This document shows, piece by piece, positions 1 through 8,122 of a stretch of DNA of 43,248 bases. Position 1 is the first letter of the stretch, and every line of letters starts with the position of its first letter. The notes below the pieces were generated by a model. That model was not told the DNA's origin. It made no database searches and saw only the letters and a list, made by a program, of their open reading frames with translations. The stretch lies in the IMG/VR virus record IMGVR_UViG_3300014167_000005, positions 1 to 43,248 of that record. One strand, given 5' to 3'. The translations under genes were made by a program, and so were the position numbers. Origin of the DNA: a virus (taxonomy: Duplodnaviria > Caudoviricetes).

Positions 1-939
1 CCGTCTCACATCGCCGGGCAAGCCGTCGAAGCGGTCGCCAAGGCGCGGTGCGTGCATCCGGTGCGTGAGTACCTCGAAGGACTCACCTGGGATGGAACGC
101 CCCGGCTCGACTCATGGTTGAGCACTTACCTCGGCGTGGAGCCCTCGCCCTATGCCTCAGCCGTGGGCTCGCGCTGGATGATCTCGGCGGTGGCGCGAGT
201 GTTTGCGCCCGGGAGCAAGGCGGATTGCTGCCTGATCTTGGAGGGCGAACAGGGCATCAAAAAGTCGACTGCCCTGCACGCTCTATCGCAACCCTGGTTC
301 ACGGACGAACTCGCGGAACTCGGTTCAAAAGATGCTTCTCTGCAGATGCAAGGCGTCTGGATCATTGAACTCGGCGAATTGGAAACGATGTCCCGGACCG
401 AGGTTGGCCGCGTGAAGAAGTTCATGAGCCAGCGCACTGACCGCTTTCGTGCACCCTATGCATCCCGGCCAATTGACGTTCCACGGCAGTGTATCTTCGC
501 CGGCAGCGTGAATCACGCCACCTATCTGCGGGATGAAACCGGAGCCCGGCGCTTCTGGCCGGTTGCGTGTAAGGCGCCGGCCATCGACGTGGACGGAGTT
601 GAGGAGAGCCGGGACCAGCTCTGGGCCGAAGCCTGCTTCCTGTTCCATGAGGGGAAAGTCTGGTGGCTGGATTCTCCCGAGTTGAACAAGCGCGCTGCCG
701 AAGAGCAGGCCGACCGGTATGAGGGCGATCCCTGGGACGTACTGATTGTGAACTGGATTGAGGATCGCGAGTCAGTCTCGATCGCAGACGTGCTGAGCAT
801 GTGCCTGGAAAAGAAGAAGGACATGTGGACGCAGTGGGACAAGATTCGGGTCGCCCGGTGCCTCCGCATGAACGGGTGGGAGCGATTCAACGCTCGCACG
901 GGTTCGTTGCGGGAATGGCGGTATCGGCGTTCGGAGTGA
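1..939 (+). CDS. Virulence-associated E (VapE)-like P-loop helicase/primase-helicase, 5'-truncated by window edge
   Basis: Frame open from base 1. HPVREYL..L.WDG.PRL motif, Walker A GEQGIKKST, Walker B WIIELGEL, RAPY and YLRDETGARRFWPV motifs typical of VapE/VirE. Confidence 0.9.
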   Translation, partial: PSHIAGQAVEAVAKARCVHPVREYLEGLTWDGTPRLDSWLSTYLGVEPSPYASAVGSRWMISAVARVFAPGSKADCCLILEGEQGIKKSTALHALSQPWFTDELAELGSKDASLQMQGVWIIELGELETMSRTEVGRVKKFMSQRTDRFRAPYASRPIDVPRQCIFAGSVNHATYLRDETGARRFWPVACKAPAIDVDGVEESRDQLWAEACFLFHEGKVWWLDSPELNKRAAEEQADRYEGDPWDVLIVNWIEDRESVSIADVLSMCLEKKKDMWTQWDKIRVARCLRMNGWERFNARTGSLREWRYRRSE

Positions 940-944
940 AACGG

Positions 945-1233
945 GGTTCCAGGCATAGCCTCGGTTCCAGTCTGGTTCCGGCCTCTGGTCCCAGCCTAAG
1001 TCCTGCGTTTTGTGAGGCATCACCAGTGGTTCCAGTCTAAATCCGGGCGTACGTATAGAGAAAGAAATCAAGAGTAGGACATGGGTAGGCATATATACAC
1101 GCTTTATTATTCTAGGGAGTCTTCCGAGGCCACTGGAACCCGTGAACCATTGGAACCTAAGCGAGAAACTCCTTCCATCTCAATCGGTTGCGCGGTTCCG
1201 GTCGCGCTCGCGGTAGGCCTAGAGGCCGGAACC
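945..1233. repeat. GGTTCC/GGAACC iteron array flanking an AT-rich core; putative replication origin
   Basis: GGTTCC at 945, 963, 974, 1028, 1194 (GGTCCC at 987). Inverted GGAACC at 1135, 1152, 1228 (TGAACC at 1143). AT-rich about 1050-1113. Immediately after the helicase gene. Confidence 0.65.
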
Positions 1234-1884
1234 GGGCTGGATCCGGCACCGCCTCGCCAACTGAGCTCGGCCGCTCTATTCGTCTCCACCGGACTCAGCG
1301 TCTGGAAAACGGATCAGCCGGAGAACTTCGCGCGTGACGTTCAGATCAACGACACGGCGTACCGGCAGCTGGATCCAGAGTTCTACGCCTGGCTGCGGAG
1401 CAAGATGCAAATGGCGAAGCTGTCCGTTCTGGCAGGGCAACTTCCCCAGGAAGCCTTCGACGCAACTCGCGATAGCTTCAACCGGATTCACGAGTGGGCC
1501 ATAGCTCACTTCGGAGAAACCACCCTGCAAGAAGCTGTACGCGCCTTGGACGCGAGGGATTACCAGCCACCGGTAGCCGAGCCATGGGACCGCCACGAGG
1601 CGCCGCATGCGGCCGGTAAGCTGGGCGCGGCTGCAGAGGCGCTTGCCATGGTCGACGCGATACAGGAGCAAGCAATTGGCTTGGGCTGGAAGCATGAACG
1701 GCTCTACGCGACCGGCAGACCGTCGAGCCAGAACCGGGGGCTCGTGTCGTACTTGAATCCAGGCGACCGCATTGGCGAGGTCACGCGCCAATCCATCGAG
1801 ATCATCCTGCCGAATGGGGTGCGCCAGCATTTCTACAACCCGAACACTGATCAGCCCTGGATCAGACGAGCCTCGCCGGAATAA
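1081..1884 (+). CDS. Hypothetical phage protein (true start probably near 1260, downstream of the iterons)
   Basis: Long ORF with protein-like C-terminal 200 aa. The N-terminal part merely reads through the repeat array. Confidence 0.65.
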   Translation: MGRHIYTLYYSRESSEATGTREPLEPKRETPSISIGCAVPVALAVGLEAGTGLDPAPPRQLSSAALFVSTGLSVWKTDQPENFARDVQINDTAYRQLDPEFYAWLRSKMQMAKLSVLAGQLPQEAFDATRDSFNRIHEWAIAHFGETTLQEAVRALDARDYQPPVAEPWDRHEAPHAAGKLGAAAEALAMVDAIQEQAIGLGWKHERLYATGRPSSQNRGLVSYLNPGDRIGEVTRQSIEIILPNGVRQHFYNPNTDQPWIRRASPE

Positions 1885-1933
1885 CTTGATCACCGACCGG
1901 ACGTTTTTCCGACGTTTCGCACATATTGCTAGT

Positions 1934-2013
1934 GAGGGGCGCAGTTCGAAAAGGTGAGCGCGAGGCGCAACCTTCGAAGGTGCCCTTCCCAAAACGAGCG
2001 ACGGGACTCTCGT
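1934..2013 (+). promoter_or_regulatory. Structured leader (long imperfect hairpin plus short hairpin) ahead of the late genes
   Basis: GAGGGGCGC(1934-1942)/GTGCCCTTC(1980-1988) closes TTCGA/TCGAA, AGGT/ACCT and GCGC/GCGC stems. Second stem ACGAG(1994-1998)/CTCGT(2009-2013). Confidence 0.4.
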
Positions 2014-2053
2014 AAAACACTCTCCCTTCCTCTCGTACCCGAAGTGTGCCCCC

Positions 2054-2389
2054 ATGACGACTGAACGCTTGATCCCCTACTACGCGCCCGATGGCTCGTC
2101 TCTTGGCTTCCGCACTCCCGATGCCGCCAAACGTTTGATCGCAATCGGATACGTGAAGCCGTCGTGGGGCCGCAAGGGACACTTGCGAGCCATTTGGCTG
2201 CAGAGCCCGGATGGCAGCAATCCGATTGAGGCCAAGGCGAGGCAAGGCACCAAGTACAGCCACATGCAGAAGTTGGAGCACGGGCGCTGCTGGAAGCTCC
2301 GCAAGCTGGATGGCCGCGATGAGGATGGCGTGAAGTTCTCCGCGCGCAATGTGTTCCTGCAGGTCGTGACCGATTGCCTGTCCGGGTGA
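2054..2389 (+). CDS. Hypothetical phage protein
   Basis: 111-aa ATG ORF co-oriented with flanking genes, phage-like codon usage. Confidence 0.7.
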   Translation: MTTERLIPYYAPDGSSLGFRTPDAAKRLIAIGYVKPSWGRKGHLRAIWLQSPDGSNPIEAKARQGTKYSHMQKLEHGRCWKLRKLDGRDEDGVKFSARNVFLQVVTDCLSG

Positions 2390-2407
2390 GCAGCAGAATG
2401 GCCGGTC

Positions 2408-2430
2408 TGACTGCGGAAATTCCGCAGTCA
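2408..2430. promoter_or_regulatory. Perfect 11-1-11 inverted repeat (operator or hairpin)
   Basis: TGACTGCGGAA-A-TTCCGCAGTCA in the intergenic gap before the first methyltransferase. Confidence 0.5.
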
Positions 2431-2559
2431 ACAAGTCTGGCCAACGGGCGACCGGGCCGACGGCTTAGCCCAACGCCTTGCCTTGGCGCCTGCAACGCAA
2501 AACGGGCCAACGTGGGTGCAACGCAGTCCGGCCCCAGCCGTGGCGGCACTTAGACAGCA

Positions 2560-4014
2560 ATGACGCCAGTGCACATTCCAAACGAGATGGAGTTTCGGCC
2601 AATCGACGCGCTGATTCCGTACGCCGGCAACGCGCGGACGCATAGCGAGGAGCAGATCGAGCAGCTCGTCCGCTCGATCCGGCGCTTCGGCTGGACGAAT
2701 CCGGTCCTGATGGGCGCAGATGGCACGATCATCGCCGGCCACGCACGGGTGATCGCCGCACGCAAGCTGGGCGTGGCCGAAGTGCCCTGCATTGTGCTCG
2801 ATCACCTGAGTGAGGCAGAGCAGCGTGCGCTGGTTCTCGCTGACAACAAGCTGGCTTTGAACGCCGGCTGGGACGACGCGATGTTGCGCGCTGAACTGCA
2901 GGCGTTGCAGGACGAAGACTTCGATCTGGACGTCGTCGGTTTCAACGACGAAGAGCTTCGCGCGTTACTGGCGGATCCCGCCAGCGACGACCAGGCCGCG
3001 GAACAGACTTCTGCGGAGGACAGCACGCCCGAGGCGCCAGCCGATCCGGTCACCCGCGCCGGCGACATTTGGGCCATCGGCCGGCACCGGCTGATCTGCG
3101 GAGATTGCCGGGAACTGGCTGTCGTGAAGGCCGTGCTTAACGGCGGGGCAGTGAACGTGGCCATCACATCGCCGCCGTACGCATCGCAACGCGAGTACGA
3201 TCCTTCGAGCGGTTTTAGGCCGATCCCACCGGACGAATACGTGGATTGGTTCCGGGCAGTGGCAAACAACGTCGAGGCGGTGCTCGCAGCGGATGGTTCG
3301 TGGTTTGTGAACATCAAGGCGCACGCTGAGGACGGCGAACGCAGCCTGTACGTAATGGACCTGGTCATTGCGCACAAGCGCCAGTGGGGCTGGCGGTTCG
3401 TCGACGATCTACTCTGGCGCAAGACCGACAACGGCGTTCCTGGAGGCTGGCCCAACCGCTTCAAAAACGCGCACGAGCCGGTGTTCCACCTGTGCCGCCA
3501 ATCGGCCATTAAGTTCCGGCCACAGGCGGTGGGCCATGCTTCGGAGGATTGTTTCGACTACTCGCCCGATAATCCAAAATCGACTTCCGGCAGTGGGCTG
3601 CTGGGAACGGGGGCGCGCGGCGGTGCCGCAGGTGAGTCCGGTTCCACAGATGAAGATGGCCGGCACAGCGGCATCGCCCGGCCCTCGAACGTGATCGAGT
3701 GCAAGACCGAATCCACCCAGGGTTCGCACTCTGCGCCCTTCCCCCGAGCGCTGGTCGAATTCTTCGTGAAGGCGTTCTCCGACCCCGGCGATAACATCTT
3801 CGATCCGTTCACCGGCAGTGGTACCACGCTGGCCGCGGCGCACGTGCTCGGCCGGACCGGCTACGGCTGCGAGATCTCGCCGGCGTATTGCGACGTGATT
3901 CTCTCCAGGATCGGCCAGCTGACCGGCGAGGAGGCGTACCTCGAGGCTGACGGACGTACGTTCGCGCAGGTGGCTGCATTCCGCGGCGCCGACGTTTTAC
4001 GGAAGGCATCGTGA
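2560..4014 (+). CDS. ParB-N domain + N4/N6 DNA methyltransferase (SPPY type)
   Basis: LIPYAGNARTHS...FGWTNP...IIAGHAR...LADNKL ParB-like N-terminus. HRLICGD, TSPPY catalytic motif, FDPFTGSGTT SAM motif. Confidence 0.92.
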   Translation: MTPVHIPNEMEFRPIDALIPYAGNARTHSEEQIEQLVRSIRRFGWTNPVLMGADGTIIAGHARVIAARKLGVAEVPCIVLDHLSEAEQRALVLADNKLALNAGWDDAMLRAELQALQDEDFDLDVVGFNDEELRALLADPASDDQAAEQTSAEDSTPEAPADPVTRAGDIWAIGRHRLICGDCRELAVVKAVLNGGAVNVAITSPPYASQREYDPSSGFRPIPPDEYVDWFRAVANNVEAVLAADGSWFVNIKAHAEDGERSLYVMDLVIAHKRQWGWRFVDDLLWRKTDNGVPGGWPNRFKNAHEPVFHLCRQSAIKFRPQAVGHASEDCFDYSPDNPKSTSGSGLLGTGARGGAAGESGSTDEDGRHSGIARPSNVIECKTESTQGSHSAPFPRALVEFFVKAFSDPGDNIFDPFTGSGTTLAAAHVLGRTGYGCEISPAYCDVILSRIGQLTGEEAYLEADGRTFAQVAAFRGADVLRKAS

Positions 4015-5276
4015 TCGATCTCTCCCATTTGAAAATCCAGTTCTGGCCCATCGGCGACCTGATTCCGTACGAGCACAACTCGCGGACTCACTTGCCTGAG
4101 CAGATTGCGCAGGTCGTGAAGTCGATCCGGGAGTTTGGGTGGACCTGCCCGATCCTGGTGGGCGAAGACCGCGTGATCATCGCTGGCCACGCTCGTCTCG
4201 TAGCAGCGCGCGAACTGAAGATGACCGAGGTGCCAGTCATCGCCCTGCCGCACCTGAACGACGCCCAACGGCGCGCACTGGTCATCGCTGACAACCGGAT
4301 TGCCGCAAACGCCGGCTGGGACGAGGCCATGCTGCGCGACGAGATCCAGGGCCTGCAGGTTGAAGACTTTGACCTGGAAGTGCTGGGCTTCTCCCAGGAC
4401 GAGTTGGATGCCCTCCTGGAGGATCCGGAAGAAGCGGCGGCGGGCCACACCGACGAAGACGCCGCGCCCGAAGTGCCGGAGACGGCGGTGACCGTGCCGG
4501 GCGATGTGTGGGTGCTCGGAGAGCATCGGCTGCTGTGCGGTGACTCGACGCAAATCGAGGTAGTCGAGAAAGTGCTCGCCGGCGGCCTCGCCGACATGGT
4601 CTTTTGCGATCCACCGTACAACGTGAACTACGGCGCCACGATGAAGGACAAGCTGCGGGGGAAGGATCGCAAGATCGCCAACGATAATCTGGGGAGCGAC
4701 TTTGAGAAATTCCTGTACGATGCCTGCGTGAACATCCTGGTCGTCGCCAAGGGCGCGGTCTACATCTGCATGTCGTCATCGGAACTGCACACCCTGGAGA
4801 AGGCCTTCCGCGAAGCCGGTGGCCACTGGTCGACCTTCGTGATTTGGGCGAAGAACACATTCACCATCGGCCGAGCGGATTACCAGCGCCAATACGAACC
4901 GATCCTGTACGGGTGGAAAGAGGGCACGGACCATTTCTGGTGCGGCGCCCGTGACCAGGGCGACATCTGGTTCATCAAAAAGCCGCACGTGAACGATCTG
5001 CACCCGACGATGAAACCGGTTGAATTGGTGGAGCGCGCCGTGCGCAACTCGAGCAAGACGCGCGACACGGTGCTCGATCCTTTCGGCGGTTCCGGCACGA
5101 CACTGATCGCCTGCGAGCGCACGAGGCGCCAGGCGCGGCTCATCGAGATGGAGCCGAAGTATTGCGATGTCATCGTTCGGCGCTGGCAGGAACATACGGG
5201 CCAACTGGCTATGCTCGAAGCTGACGGACGGCTGTTCAAAGAGCTGGCCGCGGAGCGGCTGGACACGGCCGCTTGA
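4011..5276 (+). CDS. ParB-N domain + N6-adenine DNA methyltransferase (DPPY type)
   Basis: Same ParB N-terminus. HRLLCGDST, DPPYNV, HPTMKPVELV and LDPFGGSGTT motifs. 4-nt overlap with previous gene. Confidence 0.93.
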   Translation: MIDLSHLKIQFWPIGDLIPYEHNSRTHLPEQIAQVVKSIREFGWTCPILVGEDRVIIAGHARLVAARELKMTEVPVIALPHLNDAQRRALVIADNRIAANAGWDEAMLRDEIQGLQVEDFDLEVLGFSQDELDALLEDPEEAAAGHTDEDAAPEVPETAVTVPGDVWVLGEHRLLCGDSTQIEVVEKVLAGGLADMVFCDPPYNVNYGATMKDKLRGKDRKIANDNLGSDFEKFLYDACVNILVVAKGAVYICMSSSELHTLEKAFREAGGHWSTFVIWAKNTFTIGRADYQRQYEPILYGWKEGTDHFWCGARDQGDIWFIKKPHVNDLHPTMKPVELVERAVRNSSKTRDTVLDPFGGSGTTLIACERTRRQARLIEMEPKYCDVIVRRWQEHTGQLAMLEADGRLFKELAAERLDTAA

Positions 5277-5462
5277 ATCGAGCTTTGCCACCGTGAACTG
5301 GCGCACGTCGAAGCTGAGTTGCGCGCCTTCAATCCCGATGTACAGGGCCTGTACCTCGCATTATCCGATTGGTGCGCTGAATTACAGATTCTCGAGACAC
5401 TGCCATGGAAGAAACCCTTATTCGGCTTCTTGTCGCCGCAGTCGGGCTCGTTTCAGGAATGA
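5277..5462 (+). pseudogene. Start-less small ORF remnant, in frame directly after the MTase stop
   Basis: IELCHRELAHVEAELRAFNPDVQGLYLALSDWCAELQILE... begins at the codon after TGA 5274-5276 and reads like a helical phage protein. No ATG at its 5' end. Confidence 0.4.
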
Positions 5463-5664
5463 TTGGCACCTTCGGTGGGCTGCAGAATCGCGCACTGCTC
5501 GCGGAGGTGCGTATGGATGTGGGGAGATGGAGAACCGGATCACCACACGGATCAATGGCACCTGCGTGCACGCCGGGGAATGTCATCGACGCGAAGAGAA
5601 CATGCACGCGCGTCTGGAGGTCCTGGTGGAGGAGATCCGGCACATAAATGCCGCTGGGCTGTGA
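5405..5664 (+). pseudogene. Frameshifted small membrane-anchored coiled-coil protein
   Basis: MEETLIRLLVAAVGLVSGMIGTFGGLQNRALLAEVR continues sensibly only in another frame (EMENRITTRINGT...EEIRH) after a shift near the G-run at about 5521. Confidence 0.5.
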
Positions 5665-5789
5665 GGCCGATGGCGGAGGGAATGGGGACTGGCCAATGGG
5701 CGACGCGGCAGGCGCCGATCATCTCAACGAGACAAAACGTCAGACATCCGACAGCAGGCCTGTGGTAACATCCTGGGCGGAGTTGCGAT

Positions 5790-6191
5790 ATGTATTTCTG
5801 TTCTCGGTGCAACTACATGAGTGCTGGACCCGGTAAAGATCCGAAGGGGCACATCCTTTCACATTCGAAAAACGCAACCTTCCTACGCGGCCTTTTCGCT
5901 GGACTTGTACTTCCACTGGTCATCTTTTTTGCCGCTGGGATAATCATTAAGGTATTCGGCGACCCGTCGTCCCCATACTTCACGTTGTTCCGGGCTATGA
6001 TTGCCTGCTTGGCAATTGCAGTCGTCTTGGGGTCGATAGCTAGGTCAATCTTTCTTGGACGAAGGTGCAAGAAGAATCCGGCGCCCTATCAGGCCTGGGC
6101 TACGAGGAACTACGGAGAGGCAGCAGGAGTAGCGAGTTCGCTGGTAATTCTGATCGGCGTTGCGCTGCTCATTCAATTCTCATCGAAATGA
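5790..6191 (+). CDS. Small three-TM membrane protein (moron-like; start may be ATG 5817)
   Basis: Three hydrophobic segments. Visibly lower GC and different codon usage than the phage core. Confidence 0.6.
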   Translation: MYFCSRCNYMSAGPGKDPKGHILSHSKNATFLRGLFAGLVLPLVIFFAAGIIIKVFGDPSSPYFTLFRAMIACLAIAVVLGSIARSIFLGRRCKKNPAPYQAWATRNYGEAAGVASSLVILIGVALLIQFSSK

Positions 6192-6412
6192 ATCGCGTCT
6201 AGCTTCCACATTGTCGACTCCTTCACACTTGATTCACTAGTCCTGATCCCAGGTTTGGACGCCATGATCCAAATCGATTGCAGATGCTGGGCAGCGCCCA
6301 ACAACTTTGGTGACGGTGTACCGAAATTCCGCCACTGAGAGATAGCGGCCGGTCGGTTGCGTCCGCGGGCGGTCAGAGGCAGGTAGGACTGCTGGGCAAC
6401 ACAGTGAGTGCG

Positions 6413-6622
6413 CTAGCCACTCTCGGACTTAAAGGAGTCGATGTTGATGCCTATCTTCATCCCCAGGCTGCCGGAGATGAATCGGCAGGCGCTGTTGGCT
6501 TGCCATTGCATGGTGGACATATGCTCCTGGAATGTGGCGCCACCGGCGCACTTAAGCAGGTCGAGCACGATCGTCTTCTTGCTGAACTCGCGCGGCGAGC
6601 GCGTCGGCCGTGGGTTTGGCAA
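6413..6622 (-). pseudogene. Degenerate DUF3489 (winged-helix-like) remnant
   Basis: REFSKKTIVLDLLKCAGGATFQEHMSTMQWQANSACRFISG aligns by eye with REGTRKAIVVALLEREGGATLEELMAATLWRKHSVRGFIS of 41033-41692. Lacks the N-terminus. Confidence 0.65.
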
Positions 6623-6717
6623 CCTTAGGATGCCTTCAATGGCAAAGATCTCATCTCAGTCCGGACCCATGCCTGACACAGTATCGTCACGCTTAAATCG
6701 ATGTGGATCAGGCCTCA

Positions 6718-7365
6718 ATGCTTGAGCTCCAAGTTGAAGCTGACATCCAGGCCGCGGTCGGCGCGCTCGACGCGGTCCGTGTGGATCAACTTCCCTTCGC
6801 TCTGAGCCTGGCGTTGAACAGGATCGCTCAGGCGGCGAAGAAGGACGTTACCGCGGAGATCGCGACTAAGTATCGCAACCGCAGCGGCTCGCTGGCGTTC
6901 CTGATGCAGGGCGTCCGGATGGACCCCGCGACGAAGGTGAACCCGACCGCCACCGTCTACGACGTGGACTGGTTCATGGCCTACCAGGAAGAGGGCGGCC
7001 GGAAGCAAGCCACGGGCAACAAGTGGGAGCGGATCCGGGCGGCGATCATCGATGGCGTGAGGGTTCCGCCATCGGTCACCGCACTGCTCGCGCAGCATGG
7101 CAGCTGTTACTTCATTAACCAGTTCCGCTCGAGCGGGGAGTGGTTCCTGGGGCATCGCTTCAAGACGGGCAAGGATGACTACCGCGACCGTGATGGCACG
7201 CGCATTGACGGCCATCCTGGCTTCTCCGTGGTGATGCTGCTCGAGAAGGCAGTGGATGTGAAGCCGAGCTTCGGCATGCGAGAGACGGTGGAGAGGACGG
7301 TCGAGACGGGTTTCGCCGCAGCGTTCCGCGATGCAGCGGAGCAGGCCTTAGCGACGGCACGGTGA
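6718..7365 (+). CDS. Phage tail-completion/neck-like protein (lambda gpZ-like), upstream of terminase
   Basis: QLPFALSLALNRIAQAAK N-terminus and F..A..QALATAR C-terminus typical of this family. Confidence 0.55.
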   Translation: MLELQVEADIQAAVGALDAVRVDQLPFALSLALNRIAQAAKKDVTAEIATKYRNRSGSLAFLMQGVRMDPATKVNPTATVYDVDWFMAYQEEGGRKQATGNKWERIRAAIIDGVRVPPSVTALLAQHGSCYFINQFRSSGEWFLGHRFKTGKDDYRDRDGTRIDGHPGFSVVMLLEKAVDVKPSFGMRETVERTVETGFAAAFRDAAEQALATAR

Positions 7366-7447
7366 ATTGGGCATGCGGGCTCGACTGATCGAGCCGTGGT
7401 AAGAGAGACACAAAAGAGGGGCTTTGGATCGCCGCTAGGAGGCAAAA

Positions 7448-7551
7448 AGGTACTGATAAGTCCTTTGTTTTCATGCCGGTGCCGAGCCGCGCGGAAGACG
7501 GCCAGCCACGGCTGGAAATCCGGAGTTTCCACCCGTTTCCACTGTTTCCAC
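7448..7551 (+). other. Putative cos packaging site (cosQ-like AGGTACT, cosN-like GGTGCCGAGCCG, three GTTTCCAC repeats)
   Basis: AGGTACT 7448-7454, 23 nt, 12-mer 7478-7489, then CGCGG: same geometry as lambda GGGTCCT-23nt-GGGCGGCGACCT-CGCGG. GTTTCCAC at 7525, 7535, 7544 just before the small terminase. Confidence 0.55.
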
Positions 7552-7558
7552 CTGATTT

Positions 7559-8122
7559 ATGGCGCTCAGTAATCGCGCAATCGCCGAAGCGCTTGGCGTC
7601 AGCCACACGATCGTGAATCGGGCGGTCAAAAATGGCCGCATCGATCCAAGCAAGTCGCTCGACCAGATCCGGCTCGACTGGGCGCGCAACGCGGATCCGC
7701 TGCAGCGCGCCCGGCGCATGGGCTCCGTGGCGGATCGGGCGGTCCCGGAGCAGGCGGTTCGCCGACCGGTACCGGCGCCCGCGGCGCGTCACGTCCCGGA
7801 AGAGGATTTTGCCGGCGCGGCGGGGCCCTCGAAGTTGGGCGGCCTCACGAAGTTTGATCTTGAGCTTCGTGACATGGTCGTCCGGCTTAAGCTGCGCCAG
7901 GTTGCGCTGCGCGAGAAGGAAGGCGCGCTGGTCCAGGCCACTGAGGTGCGGGCTTCCTGGGCGGCGCTGGTGCTGAACGCGAAGTCGCGGCTGCTGCAGA
8001 TGGGCGACGAGGTGGCGGAGGAACTCGCCTACGAGAGCGATCCAATCCGCTGCAAGAAGATCGTCGAGGACAAGGTCCACGAAGTGTTGAACGAACTCGC
8101 GAGGTATAAGCCCGAGGCATGA
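7559..8122 (+). CDS. Terminase small subunit (Nu1-like)
   Basis: N-terminal HTH (NRAIAEALGVSHTIVNRAVKNGRI), coiled coil ending REKEGALV. Overlaps the large terminase start. Confidence 0.8.
   Translation: MALSNRAIAEALGVSHTIVNRAVKNGRIDPSKSLDQIRLDWARNADPLQRARRMGSVADRAVPEQAVRRPVPAPAARHVPEEDFAGAAGPSKLGGLTKFDLELRDMVVRLKLRQVALREKEGALVQATEVRASWAALVLNAKSRLLQMGDEVAEELAYESDPIRCKKIVEDKVHEVLNELARYKPEA

Noticed and set aside
2560-5276. Restriction-modification system
   Set aside because: No endonuclease or specificity subunit nearby; orphan phage methyltransferases fit better.
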